Assembly (NCBI GenBank): GCA_018303575.1
Contig: JAGVXW010000016.1
Location: 1 to 38,407 of the forward strand
From: Candidatus Woesearchaeota archaeon
GTDB taxonomy: Archaea; Nanobdellota; Nanobdellia; Woesearchaeales; WJIZ01
Length of the DNA: 38,407 bases
Reading direction: 5' to 3'
Below the pieces are notes generated by a model. It was not told where the DNA came from, searched no databases, and saw nothing but the letters and a program-made list of their open reading frames with translations. This document shows, piece after piece, positions 1-8,532 of the stretch (position 1 is its first letter; every line of letters starts with the position of its first letter). A program made the translations under genes and the position numbers.

Positions 1-88
1 CAACAAAATCAATTTCACACCCGAAGCATTCCACGGGGACTGGAATTACTCAATTAATCCCAACGAAGTTGACCAGCTCATTTCTTGA
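1..88 (+). mobile_element. 3' end of an ISAzo13-like (DDE_Tnp_ISAZ013 family) transposase gene, cut by the window edge
   Basis: Frame 2 (2..85, stop TGA 86..88) reads NKINFTPEAFHGDWNYSINPNEVDQLIS*. The FHG(D/E)WNY motif close to the C-terminus is what I recall for ISAzo13-family transposases. Only 28 codons are visible. Confidence 0.5.
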
Positions 89-399
89 CGACCCCTAAGC
101 TCGGCATTGACGGCAGAGTCATCTTGCATGAGGGCTTTTCAGAGGATATCGCGCGGGACTGGCGTGAACGGGTGGGCATGCTCTGGATTGACGGCAACCA
201 CACCCAAGCCTACGCTGACTTCCGCGCCTGGAGGCCCTGGGTTGCAGACGGCGGGATTGTAGCTTTCCACGACAGCCGCTATCCTGAAAATGGGTTTGAG
301 CCTGTGACGCGTGACGTGGAAAGGATCCTTCGGGAAGAGTGGAGTTCAGACCTTCGTTTTGTAGACAGCATCACGAGTTTCAGGCTGTATCGATACTAA
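85..399 (+). pseudogene. C-terminal half of a class I SAM-dependent methyltransferase (Methyltransf_24-like); N-terminal SAM-binding motif I is missing
   Basis: 104-aa ORF with a TTG start. The segment ...GRVILHEGFSEDIARDW...LWIDGNHTQAYADFRAWRPWVADGGIVAFHD matches the distal half of the fold (IDGdH...pGG.ivfhD). There are in-frame stops at 55-57 and 70-72 just upstream. It directly abuts the transposase stop. Confidence 0.5.
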
Positions 400-597
400 A
401 ATTGCCCACGGATTCTGCACATAAATGCCCTGGGACTCCCGGAACGCAGGATTTGGGATGTTTTGCGACGCAAGCATCCGGATACGCACGCCTGAAAAGG
501 GAGCTTTTCAGTACACGCATGATGCAGAGTACTGATTCTTGAAAAAAAGCCCCGCAAAAGGCGTTTTGGAGGCCCGCAGCTTAGAGGGCGCTCTCCC

Positions 598-1563
598 ATG
601 GCAAAAAGGAAAAACCCGAGACACGGAAGCATGCAGTTCTGGCCTAGAGTCAGGGCCAACCGCGAGCACGCCCGGGTCCGCAGCTGGGGCCTGGGCACGG
701 GGCTGCTTGGCTTTGCCGGCTACAAGGTGGGGATGACCCACCTCAAGATCACCGACAACAAGCCGACGTCCATGACCAAGGGCCAGGACATCTTCATGCC
801 CGCGACGATCATCGAATGCCCGCCGATGAAGGCGATCGGCATCCGTTTTTATCATGATTTGCCTTATGGCCCCCAACCGGTTTCTCAAGTGCTCGCTGAG
901 TCCCTCGACAAGGAGCTTGCGAGAGCCATCGCCCTGCCGAAGAAGCAGCATGGGAAAGAGCCTTCAGAATTTGATGATCTCACGCTCATCGTCCAGACAC
1001 AGCCGAAACTGACCGGCATCGGGAAGAAGAAGCCAGAGGTCTTCGAACTCGGGCTGGGCGGGAAGAAAGAGGAGAAGCTCGCGCTCGCGAAGCAGAAGCT
1101 CGGGCAGGACATCTCGGTGCAGGACGTGTTCAAGCCAGGCGAACAGCTGGACGCGCACGTCGTCACGAAAGGCAAAGGATATCAGGGGCCGGTCAAGAGA
1201 TTCGGGGTGACGCTGCGCGCTCATAAGTCTGAAAAGAGCGTGCGGCAGCCTGGAAGCCTGGGCGGATGGAGCGGCCAGGGCCATGTCATGTACCGCGTCG
1301 CGCATGCCGGCCACATGGGCTATCACCAGCGCACCGAATACAACAAATGGCTTCTCAAGATCGGCACCAGCCCGGCTGACGCAGCGCAGAAGGGCGGCTG
1401 GGTGCACTATGGAATCATCAGGAATCCTTTTCTTGTCGTCAAGGGCAGCGTCGGGGGGCCGCAGAAACGGCTGGTCAAGCTGAGCAAGGCGCTGCGGCCG
1501 GACAAGCTCACCCCGAAGGAAGCTCCCAGCATCACCTATTTCAGCTCGGTGGCGAAACAATGA
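598..1563 (+). CDS. rpl3: 50S ribosomal protein uL3
   Basis: 321 aa, MAKRKNPRHGSMQFWPRVRA... is a typical archaeal L3 N-terminus. First gene of the conserved cluster. Confidence 0.95.
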   Translation: MAKRKNPRHGSMQFWPRVRANREHARVRSWGLGTGLLGFAGYKVGMTHLKITDNKPTSMTKGQDIFMPATIIECPPMKAIGIRFYHDLPYGPQPVSQVLAESLDKELARAIALPKKQHGKEPSEFDDLTLIVQTQPKLTGIGKKKPEVFELGLGGKKEEKLALAKQKLGQDISVQDVFKPGEQLDAHVVTKGKGYQGPVKRFGVTLRAHKSEKSVRQPGSLGGWSGQGHVMYRVAHAGHMGYHQRTEYNKWLLKIGTSPADAAQKGGWVHYGIIRNPFLVVKGSVGGPQKRLVKLSKALRPDKLTPKEAPSITYFSSVAKQ

Positions 1564-2366
1564 AGCTCGACATCGTCTCAAAAAACCTGGAGAAGAAGGG
1601 AAGCATAGACTTGCCTGCGCAGTTCCAGGAGCCGGTGCGCGTGGACATCATCCAGCGCGCGATTGAATCGGAGCAGGCGGCGGCGAGGCGGCCGTATGGC
1701 GCGAAACCCACTGCAGGACGGAGGCACAACGCGTACGTGAGCAAGCGCAGGCGCGACTATCGAACCACGTACGGAATCGGGCAATCAAGAACTCCAAGAA
1801 AGATTGTCAGCAGGCACGGCACGCGGCTGAACTGGGTCGGCGCTGTCGCTCCCCAGACCGTGGGCGGAAGGCAGTCGCACCCACCCAAGGCGCTGAAAGT
1901 CTGGACAAAAAAAGTGAACAGCAGGGAGATGCAGCTGGCGGTGCGCAGCGCAATTTCAGCCACACTCTCCAAAGAGCTGGCGAAGCGCCGCGGCCATAAA
2001 GTCCCGGATTCCTATCCTTTCATCGTCGACAATTCCATTGACGCGGTAGCGAAGACCAAGGACGCTGCCGCGTTCCTCTCAAGCCTGGGCTTGGCTGCTG
2101 ACCTTGAACGGGCGCAAGCCACCAAAATCAGGGCAGGCAAGGGCAAGTCAAGAGGCAGGCGCTACAAGTCGAAGAAGAGCGCGCTCCTCGTCACCGCGAA
2201 GGAATGCGCGCTGTCGAAGGCGGCTCGAAACTTGCCCGGGGTGCAGATCGTGGCGGTCGACAAGCTCACCGTAGACCTCCTAGCGCCGGGAAGCGCTCCT
2301 GGCCGGCTCACGCTCTGGACCCAGGGCGCCGTGGAGCGCCTGGCGAAGGAAAAATTGTACTCGTGA
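1560..2366 (+). CDS. rpl4: 50S ribosomal protein uL4
   Basis: 268 aa, position after L3, ATGA overlap with the rpl3 stop. Contains the archaeal L4 motif RRPYGAKPTAGRRH...GQSRTPR. Confidence 0.93.
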   Translation: MKLDIVSKNLEKKGSIDLPAQFQEPVRVDIIQRAIESEQAAARRPYGAKPTAGRRHNAYVSKRRRDYRTTYGIGQSRTPRKIVSRHGTRLNWVGAVAPQTVGGRQSHPPKALKVWTKKVNSREMQLAVRSAISATLSKELAKRRGHKVPDSYPFIVDNSIDAVAKTKDAAAFLSSLGLAADLERAQATKIRAGKGKSRGRRYKSKKSALLVTAKECALSKAARNLPGVQIVAVDKLTVDLLAPGSAPGRLTLWTQGAVERLAKEKLYS

Positions 2367-2371
2367 TCACC

Positions 2372-2623
2372 ATGGACGTCATCAAATATCCCCTGTCAAC
2401 GGAAAAAAGCATCCGGCTGCTCGAGGCAGAGAACAAGATGCTCTTTGTCGTCGACAGGAAGGCCAAGAGGAGCGACGTGAAGAAGGCCATCGAGGAAGTA
2501 TTCAAGGCCAAGGTGCTGAAGGTCAATATTTTCAACAACAACAAGGGCGAGAAGCGCGCGTATGTCACCTTCTCTCCTGAAACGCCGGCGATAGACATCG
2601 CGACGCAGCTGGGGCTGATGTAA
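2372..2623 (+). CDS. rpl23: 50S ribosomal protein uL23
   Basis: The ORF track starts at 2204, but that part overlaps rpl4. The internal ATG at 2372 gives 83 aa, MDVIKYPLSTEKSIRLLEAENKMLFVVDRKA..., a classic L23. Confidence 0.93.
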   Translation: MDVIKYPLSTEKSIRLLEAENKMLFVVDRKAKRSDVKKAIEEVFKAKVLKVNIFNNNKGEKRAYVTFSPETPAIDIATQLGLM

Positions 2624-2671
2624 TATGAAAATCATAGATTTTCAAAGTTCCAACCTTAGGAGGTTGTAACC

Positions 2672-3385
2672 ATGGGAAAGAACCTATTATCACAGAGGAG
2701 GGGGCGGGGATCGCCGACATTCCGGGCACCGAGCTTCCGCTATGCCGGGCGCGCGGAACACCCGAAAGCTGTCGCGGACGGAGCAGTGGGGGTCATCGAG
2801 AGCTTTGTCAAGAGCCAGGGCCACAGCACGCCGCTTATGGTCGTGTCCTATGGAAAGGAAGAAGCGCTGACGCTCGCCCCTGAAGGAGTGCGCGTGGGCG
2901 AGAGTCTTCCTTATGGCTCTGGCGCTGACCTGACGCCGGGAAGCGTGCTCACTCTCGCAGATATTCCTGAAGGCACGGCAGTCTTCAACATCGAGGGCAG
3001 GCCTGGAGACGGCGGACGCTATGCGCGGACATCGGGAGCTTCAGCCAGAGTTGTCGCGAAGACTCCGGAGACTGTCACTTTGCGCCTTCCGTCCAAGAAA
3101 GAGAAGGAGTTCAACGCCAAATGCAGGGCCACTATCGGAGTGGCTGCGGGCGGCGGAAGGCCTGAGAAGCCGCTCCTCAAGGCAGGATTCGCCTATCATC
3201 GCGCGAAAATGAAGAACAAGTTTTACCCGAGCGTGTCGGCGACGAGCATGAACGCGGTCGCGCACCCCTTCGGCGGAAAGGGCAGCCACACCAAGGGAAG
3301 GCCGCACCAGTCCGGAAGAGGATATCCCCCGGGCAGGAAGGTCGGAAAGATCGCCCCGCGCAGGACGGGACGCAAGCAGAGGTAA
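2672..3385 (+). CDS. rpl2: 50S ribosomal protein uL2
   Basis: 237 aa. GGAGGT Shine-Dalgarno at 2659-2664, 7 nt before the ATG. L2-type C-terminus ...HPFGGKGSHTKGRP. Confidence 0.95.
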   Translation: MGKNLLSQRRGRGSPTFRAPSFRYAGRAEHPKAVADGAVGVIESFVKSQGHSTPLMVVSYGKEEALTLAPEGVRVGESLPYGSGADLTPGSVLTLADIPEGTAVFNIEGRPGDGGRYARTSGASARVVAKTPETVTLRLPSKKEKEFNAKCRATIGVAAGGGRPEKPLLKAGFAYHRAKMKNKFYPSVSATSMNAVAHPFGGKGSHTKGRPHQSGRGYPPGRKVGKIAPRRTGRKQR

Positions 3386-3390
3386 TCACT

Positions 3391-3774
3391 GTGGCCAAGA
3401 AAGAATTCACCTACCGCGGAAAGCGGCTCGAGGAACTGCAGGCGCTGACGCTGGCTGAGATCGGGCAGATGCTGCCATCGCGCGCCAGGCGGAGCCTGAA
3501 GCGCGGCCTCAGGCACGAGCAGAAAGTCGTGCTCGAGAAAGTTGGGGCCAAGGACCCTGACATCAGGACGCACTGCCGTGATTTGGTGGTGCTGCCGGCC
3601 ATGGTCGGAGCCACCATCAAGATCCACACGGGAAAGGAATTTTTCCCTGTCCAGATCCAGCCGGAGATGATCGGCCATTTCCTCGGCGAGTTCGCGCTCA
3701 CCAGGAAAGGAGTGACGCATTCTGCGCCCGGACTGGGAGCGACCAAGAGCAGCTCGAACGTGGCTGTGAAGTAA
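3391..3774 (+). CDS. rps19: 30S ribosomal protein uS19
   Basis: 127 aa, GTG start, ...IKIHTGKEFFPVQIQPEMIGHFLGEFALTRK. Cluster position fits. Confidence 0.93.
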   Translation: MAKKEFTYRGKRLEELQALTLAEIGQMLPSRARRSLKRGLRHEQKVVLEKVGAKDPDIRTHCRDLVVLPAMVGATIKIHTGKEFFPVQIQPEMIGHFLGEFALTRKGVTHSAPGLGATKSSSNVAVK

Positions 3775-3776
3775 CC

Positions 3777-4337
3777 ATGACCTACCACTATACGCACACG
3801 CTGGCAAAGGAGCACACGGCGCAGGCGCTCGGCCTAGGCCTGCCCATCTCCTTCAAGCAAAGCCTGATGATCGCGAACATGGTGCGGAGCAAGCCGCTAA
3901 TAAGAGCTAAAGCGATCCTCCATGATGCCATCGCGCTGAAAGTGCCCATCAAGTTCACCCGCTTCACGAACGCCCTTGGCCACAAGAAGGGCCATTTCGG
4001 CCCTGGAAGATTTCCGCAGAAAGCTGCTGGGCACATCCTCAGCTTATTGGAATCTGCGGAGGCGAACGCGCAGTTCAAGGGGCTGAACACGAGCGGACTG
4101 GTCGTGGAGCATATCGCGGTGCAGGACGGGGGCAACGTGTGGAGATACGGCAGGAGAAGGCGCATCCGCGCCAAGCGCTGCCATATTGAGGTTGTGCTGG
4201 CTGAAGGAAAAGCTGATGACTCAAAAGCAAAGAAAGATGGGGGGAAAGAGCCTCACGAAGAGAAAAAACATGCTCCTCAGATGAAGAAAGAAAAGAAGGA
4301 TGAGAAGAAAACTGAAAAGAAAGGAAGCTCACCATGA
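3777..4337 (+). CDS. rpl22: 50S ribosomal protein uL22 with a ~45-aa Lys/Glu-rich C-terminal tail
   Basis: 186 aa. L22 core (ISFKQSLMIANMVRSKPLIRAKAILHDAI...) followed by KADDSKAKKDGGKEPHEEKKHAPQMKKEKKDEKKTEKKGSSP. Confidence 0.92.
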   Translation: MTYHYTHTLAKEHTAQALGLGLPISFKQSLMIANMVRSKPLIRAKAILHDAIALKVPIKFTRFTNALGHKKGHFGPGRFPQKAAGHILSLLESAEANAQFKGLNTSGLVVEHIAVQDGGNVWRYGRRRRIRAKRCHIEVVLAEGKADDSKAKKDGGKEPHEEKKHAPQMKKEKKDEKKTEKKGSSP

Positions 4338-5215
4338 TCGAAAGAAAATTCGTCGCGGCGAACATGAAGGAATACCTGATCGAGGAGTTCATCAGCCAGA
4401 GCATCCGGGGCGCGGAGCACAGCAAGACCAAGATCCAGCGCACGCCGCTCGGCGAGAAAATCGTGATCTTTTCGTCGCGGCCGGGCATCATCGTCGGAAG
4501 GAAGGGGCAGAGCATCAAGCAGCTCACTAAAGTGCTGAAGAAGCGCTTCAGCCTCGAGAACCCGCAGATCGAGATCGCTGAGGTGCCGAATCCGGCGCTG
4601 GACGCGAACATCATGGCCGAGCGCATCTGCTCCTATCTAGAGCGCTTCGGCATCAGCAAGTTCAAGGGCATCGCGCACCGCATCATGACTGAAGTGATGG
4701 GCGCCGGGGCGATGGGCATCGAGATCAACATGGGCGGGAAAATCCCGAGCTCGCGCGCGAAGAGCTGGAGATTCTACCAGGGCTACCTCAAGAAATGCGG
4801 CGACATCGCGCTCACGGGCGTGCATATCGCACACAAGCAGGCCCTGCTCAAGTCCGGGATCGTCGGGGTGAAGGTGAGCATCATGCCGCCTGAAACCATC
4901 CTGCCTGACAAGATCACGTTCATCGAGGAGAGCGCTCCTGCAACGGCTGAACAGAAAGTTGAGGAGAAGAAGCCGGCGGAAGAGCTGAAAGAAGAGAAAC
5001 CCAAGAGAAAGGCGGCTCCAAGAAAGCGCTCCCCTAAGAAGAAGGCAGAAGGGGAGGGAAAGGCTGGGAAGGGGGAGACAGAAGGGGAGAAAAAAGAAGA
5101 AGTGAAATCGGAGACCGACAAGCCTGCGGCGCCAAATAAGAAGGAAAACAAAGAAGCGAAAGGGAAGGAAGAAGAAAAAGAAAAGGAGCCTGCGAGCGCT
5201 CTTGAGGCAGCATGA
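4334..5215 (+). CDS. rps3: 30S ribosomal protein uS3 with a ~90-aa Lys/Glu-rich C-terminal tail
   Basis: 293 aa. KH-domain S3 core (MIERKFVAANMKEYLIEEFI...), then a low-complexity EEKKPAEELKEEKPKRKAAPRKRSPKKKAEGEGKAGKGETEGEKKEE... tail. Confidence 0.93.
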   Translation: MIERKFVAANMKEYLIEEFISQSIRGAEHSKTKIQRTPLGEKIVIFSSRPGIIVGRKGQSIKQLTKVLKKRFSLENPQIEIAEVPNPALDANIMAERICSYLERFGISKFKGIAHRIMTEVMGAGAMGIEINMGGKIPSSRAKSWRFYQGYLKKCGDIALTGVHIAHKQALLKSGIVGVKVSIMPPETILPDKITFIEESAPATAEQKVEEKKPAEELKEEKPKRKAAPRKRSPKKKAEGEGKAGKGETEGEKKEEVKSETDKPAAPNKKENKEAKGKEEEKEKEPASALEAA

Positions 5216-5421
5216 AGAAGCGCGACCTGAAAGGACAGAGCACGGAGGAGCTGAAGGAGAAGCTCGCCGAGCTGCGGCTGGAGCTCATCAAGGCCAACAG
5301 CCAGGTTGCGTCAGGCAGCGCTCCCAAGAATCCCGGACAGATCAGGCAGATGCGCAAGACCATAGCGCGTATCCTCACGTTCATCCACCACAAAACGGAG
5401 GCAACCCACAAGGATGGTTGA
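5212..5421 (+). CDS. rpl29: 50S ribosomal protein uL29
   Basis: 69 aa, MKKRDLKGQSTEELKEKLAELRLELIKA... is a canonical L29 helix. Confidence 0.93.
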   Translation: MKKRDLKGQSTEELKEKLAELRLELIKANSQVASGSAPKNPGQIRQMRKTIARILTFIHHKTEATHKDG

Positions 5422-5722
5422 GATCGACCCCATTACGGGACTGCCCAAGGAGCTTGGCGTTTGGGAGTCCATCGCCAAGGAAGACCAAGAGATTACCATT
5501 GCCCTCGAAAGCAAGAAATTCAGCAAGAAATACACGGTGATCACAGGAATCGACAGCAAGGAAATCGACCTGGACGACCTAGTGAAGAAGCTCAAGTCGA
5601 AATTGGCCTGCGGAGGCACGGCCAAGGACGGGAAGATCGAGCTGCAGGGCAACCATGTCAGCCGCGTGCGGGAGATCCTCATCGAGCTGGGCTTCCCGCC
5701 TGACGCGCTGGTGACGAAATGA
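5414..5722 (+). CDS. sui1: Translation initiation factor SUI1 (aSUI1/eIF1 homologue)
   Basis: 102 aa. ...KKYTVITGIDSKEIDLDDLVKKLKSKLACGGTAKDGKIELQGNHVSRVREILIELGF is the SUI1 signature. It sits in the conserved archaeal position after L29. Confidence 0.9.
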   Translation: MVEIDPITGLPKELGVWESIAKEDQEITIALESKKFSKKYTVITGIDSKEIDLDDLVKKLKSKLACGGTAKDGKIELQGNHVSRVREILIELGFPPDALVTK

Positions 5723-5949
5723 GTCTCGCGCAGGGCGAACTCATTGGCCTCGCGGTCGATGTGGACGGAAAGAAAGGAAAAGTTGTGGACGAGACCCGCA
5801 ACCTGCTCGTCATCGAGGATGGCGGGAAGGAGACCCGATGGGTCAAGAAGGATCATGTCTTCCGGTTCCCGGAGAAGGACGCGGCCATCGAGGGCCGGCT
5901 CCTCGTCGGGAGCCCGGAAGAGAGAATCAAGCGCATGGTGAAGCGATGA
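5719..5949 (+). CDS. rnp1: RNase P protein component 1 (Rpp29/Pop4), short form
   Basis: 76 aa. The Sm-like core LIGLAVDVDGKKGKVVDETRNLLVIEDGGKE..VKKDHVFRF resembles the archaeal Rpp29 consensus (G.VvDETrNtlvI). Conserved position before S17. Confidence 0.85.
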   Translation: MSLAQGELIGLAVDVDGKKGKVVDETRNLLVIEDGGKETRWVKKDHVFRFPEKDAAIEGRLLVGSPEERIKRMVKR

Positions 5950-6320
5950 CAACAAAGCAACGGGACATCAGCTTACGGGGCAGGAGCTTCGTGGGCACGG
6001 TGATCTCCGCACGGATGCAGAAGACCGCGACGATAGAATGGGAGCGGCGAGTGGATCTCCCGAAATACGAGAGATACACGACCAAGCGCACGCATGTCAA
6101 GGCGCACAATCCGGAGAGCATCCGCGCCGAAGAAGGAGACATCGTCCGCATCCAGGAGTGCAGGCCGATGTCCAAGACCAAGCATTTCATGATCGTCGAG
6201 AAACTCGGCAGGGAAAAGGGATTCACCCAGCGCAAGGAAGCGCTCGAGGCGGGCAAGAAGCGCGCTGTGGAAGTGCCGGCAACCGAGGAAAAGAAGGAGG
6301 AGAGCCATGCAAGCCATTAA
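5946..6320 (+). CDS. rps17: 30S ribosomal protein uS17 with a charged C-terminal extension
   Basis: The internal ATG at 5946 (ATGA overlap with the rnp1 stop) gives 124 aa, MTTKQRDISLRGRSFVGTVISARMQKTATIEWERR.... The upstream part of the 5838 ORF overlaps rnp1 out of frame. Confidence 0.92.
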   Translation: MTTKQRDISLRGRSFVGTVISARMQKTATIEWERRVDLPKYERYTTKRTHVKAHNPESIRAEEGDIVRIQECRPMSKTKHFMIVEKLGREKGFTQRKEALEAGKKRAVEVPATEEKKEESHASH

Positions 6321-6708
6321 AGCGAACATGACCAAGGGCCTCAACTTCGGGGCCTGGATTTCGACGTGCGACAATTCGGGAGCGAAAATCGTCAAGCTCT
6401 ACGGAGTCAAGGGCGGGAAAATGGTCAAGGGCAGGCAGGGCTCGGCTGGCATCGGTGATTTGGTTATGGTGAGCATCGTGCGCGGCAGGCCGGAACTGCG
6501 AAAGCAGACTGCGCTGGGCGTGATCGTCAGGCAGCGCAGAGCCTTCCGCAGGCCGGACGGCATGCGCGTGAAATTCGAAGACAATGCAATAGTCATCGTC
6601 AAGGATGACAAGGCCAATCCCAAGGGGACGCTCATCAAGGGCCCGGTCGCGAAGGAGGCGATCGAGCGCTGGGGCAACCTGGCAAAGATTGCGACAATCG
6701 TCGTATAA
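6307..6708 (+). CDS. rpl14: 50S ribosomal protein uL14
   Basis: 133 aa, ...ISTCDNSGAKIVKLYGVKG...; cluster position fits. Confidence 0.94.
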   Translation: MQAIKANMTKGLNFGAWISTCDNSGAKIVKLYGVKGGKMVKGRQGSAGIGDLVMVSIVRGRPELRKQTALGVIVRQRRAFRRPDGMRVKFEDNAIVIVKDDKANPKGTLIKGPVAKEAIERWGNLAKIATIVV

Positions 6709-6720
6709 ACGTGAACTGAA

Positions 6721-7101
6721 ATGAAAACCTGGTCAGCACACTGGAAAGCAAGCAGGCAGCCGAGGAAGCAGAGAAAATACAGATACGAGGCTCCACTGCA
6801 TGTCGTGCGCAGATTCGTGGCTGCTCACCTGTCTAAGGAACTGCGCGGCAAATACAGCACCCGCTCCCTCGGCTTGAAAATGGGGGATACGGTGAAAATC
6901 GTCCGCGGCCAATACAAGGGCAAGCAAGGCAAGGTGGAAGAGGTGGACCTGAGCCGAAGGAAAGCGCGCGTCGCCGGACTCTCGCTCCAGAGAAAGGACG
7001 GCACCAAGGCACCTGTCTTCCTCGAGCCGTCCAACCTCCTGATCATCGAGCTCAAGATGGATGACAAGCGCCGCCAGGCAGTGCTGGAGCGCAGGAAGTG
7101 A
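6721..7101 (+). CDS. rpl24: 50S ribosomal protein uL24
   Basis: 126 aa, KOW motif GDTVKIVRGQYKGKQGKVEEVD. Confidence 0.93.
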   Translation: MKTWSAHWKASRQPRKQRKYRYEAPLHVVRRFVAAHLSKELRGKYSTRSLGLKMGDTVKIVRGQYKGKQGKVEEVDLSRRKARVAGLSLQRKDGTKAPVFLEPSNLLIIELKMDDKRRQAVLERRK

Positions 7102-7105
7102 ACGC

Positions 7106-7792
7106 ATGAAGAACCATATCAAGAGTGTCGCGGCTCCGCGCGCGTGGCCGGTGCGCGTGAAGAAAGCCCAAAAGTACATCCTCAAGCCGGCTCCGGGCAC
7201 GCATAGCCTCGCGCGAGGCATGGCGCTGGCGGCTGTGTTAGCTTCACTTGGGCTGGGAAAAACAAAGCGCGAGCTCACGCATCTTTTGCATGCCACTGAA
7301 GTCCTTGTGGACGGGGTGCGGAGAAAAAAGAACGAATTCATCATCGGGCTCTTCGACGTGCTGTCCGTGCCTGCCCTCGGCAAGCAGTGGAGGATGATCC
7401 TCGACGCGCATGGCGAGCTCAGGACGCTCCCGGTTTCGCCAGAGGAAGCGGGGATCAAGCCGCTCAAGATCATGGACAAGCACCTGTACAGGGGCAAGAT
7501 CCAGCTCAACTGCTCCGACGGCAGGAACCTGCTGACGGACAAGGCCTCCTTCAAGGTGGGGGACACGGTGCTCTACAGCCTCGGCAAGAAGGAAATTTCG
7601 AAGCACCTGCCCCTCGCGAAGGGCAGCGTCATCTTCCTCATCGGGGGCAAGAGCCTCGGCAAGCTCGGCACCGTCGAGGACGTGCTGGGAAGGACCATCG
7701 TCTACAAGGTGGGCGATGAGGTGAACCAGACCAAGAGAAGGTACGCATTCGTGATCGGCGACCAGAAGGCGCTCATCAGCGTGGAAGCATGA
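7106..7792 (+). CDS. rps4e: 30S ribosomal protein eS4
   Basis: The internal ATG at 7106 gives MKNHIKSVAAPRAWPVRVKKAQKYILKPAPGTHSL..., a typical S4e start. The earlier ORF start at 7061 overlaps rpl24. Confidence 0.92.
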   Translation: MKNHIKSVAAPRAWPVRVKKAQKYILKPAPGTHSLARGMALAAVLASLGLGKTKRELTHLLHATEVLVDGVRRKKNEFIIGLFDVLSVPALGKQWRMILDAHGELRTLPVSPEEAGIKPLKIMDKHLYRGKIQLNCSDGRNLLTDKASFKVGDTVLYSLGKKEISKHLPLAKGSVIFLIGGKSLGKLGTVEDVLGRTIVYKVGDEVNQTKRRYAFVIGDQKALISVEA

Positions 7793-8298
7793 ATCCCATG
7801 AGACGCATCAGGATTGAGAAGCTGACCCTGAACATCGGCACAGGGAAGGACCAGAACAAGCTCGACAAGGCTGTCCTGCTCCTGAAATCCCTGACAGGCA
7901 TCGAGCCGGTGAAGACGATCACGAACAAGAGGATCCCGGCCTGGGGCGTGCGGCCTGGCCTGCCCCTCGGCTGCAAGCTCACGCTGCGGAAAGGAGCGGC
8001 GGAAATGCTGGCGAAGCGGCTCATCGAGGCAAAGGACAAGAAACTGAAGCCGGACTGCTTCGACAACTCCGGCAACATCGCCTTCGGCATCCATGAGTAC
8101 ATAGATATCCCCGACATCAAATATGACCCCAAGATCGGCATCATGGGCCTCCAAGTGTGCCTGACCCTCGAGCGGCCGGGATTCAGGGTCAAGCGCAGGA
8201 GCGTCCGGCAGACAAAAGTTGGGCACAAGCACGCGATCACAAAGGAAGAGGCCATCGGGTTCCTGCAGGAAGCCTATGGACTGACGGTGGGAGAATGA
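7789..8298 (+). CDS. rpl5: 50S ribosomal protein uL5
   Basis: 169 aa, [19 protein letters not shown]...[25 protein letters not shown]. Confidence 0.94.
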   Translation: MNPMRRIRIEKLTLNIGTGKDQNKLDKAVLLLKSLTGIEPVKTITNKRIPAWGVRPGLPLGCKLTLRKGAAEMLAKRLIEAKDKKLKPDCFDNSGNIAFGIHEYIDIPDIKYDPKIGIMGLQVCLTLERPGFRVKRRSVRQTKVGHKHAITKEEAIGFLQEAYGLTVGE

Positions 8299-8525
8299 CG
8301 ACCAGCAATTACAAGAAAGTGTTCCGGCAGCTGAGGCACAAGCCAGTCAAGCTCAAGAAATACCTGAAGCACAACGCGCCAGATGAGCGGAGCTGCGGCC
8401 TGAGCCTGAAGCCGTGCCGGCGCTGCGGCAGATACGGGGCGCACATCGACAAGTATGGCATCGACGTGTGCAGGCAGTGCTTCCGCGAGATCGCGACAAA
8501 GATCGGATTCAAGAAATACTCTTAG
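8295..8525 (+). CDS. rps14: 30S ribosomal protein uS14 (zinc type) with a longer than usual N-terminus
   Basis: The ATG at 8295 (ATGA overlap with the rpl5 stop) gives 76 aa ending [36 protein letters not shown] (CxxC...CxxC). Confidence 0.9.
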   Translation: MTTSNYKKVFRQLRHKPVKLKKYLKHNAPDERSCGLSLKPCRRCGRYGAHIDKYGIDVCRQCFREIATKIGFKKYS

Positions 8526-8532
8526 GTGAACC

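Noticed and set aside
400-597. ORFs at 339-542 (+) and 396-698 (-), and a possible promoter for rpl3
   Set aside because: The ORFs have no coding-like features and overlap each other and rpl3. I could not find a convincing TATA box at the expected distance, so no promoter is called.
2204-2371. Upstream extensions of ORF-track entries: rpl23 from 2204, rps17 from 5838, rps4e from 7061, rps14 from 8157, rpl6 from 8604, rpl30 from 11563, trmB to 28212, tkt-C to 26261
   Set aside because: The extensions overlap the preceding gene out of frame and translate to Arg/Gly/Pro-rich nonsense. The internal ATGs give canonical N-termini and ATGA or SD contexts.
4946-5212. Purine-rich, quasi-repetitive DNA (GAA/AAG/GGG units) that could be mistaken for a microsatellite or CRISPR-like repeat. 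Similar tracts lie at 4203-4334, 9863-10039 and 15560-15724.
   Set aside because: The tracts are in frame within ribosomal protein genes and encode the K/E-rich tails. There is no regular repeat-spacer periodicity. No CRISPR array is evident anywhere in the window.
6733-7566. 277-aa ORF on the minus strand antisense to rpl24/rps4e. Similar long antisense ORFs lie at 508-951, 964-1581, 3223-3807, 5311-5955, 9874-10494, 11533-12258 and 14039-14890.
   Set aside because: They lie fully inside well-identified ribosomal or SecY-cluster genes. They have Arg/Leu/His/Pro-rich antisense-type composition and no motifs. This is a typical GC-rich shadow-ORF artefact.
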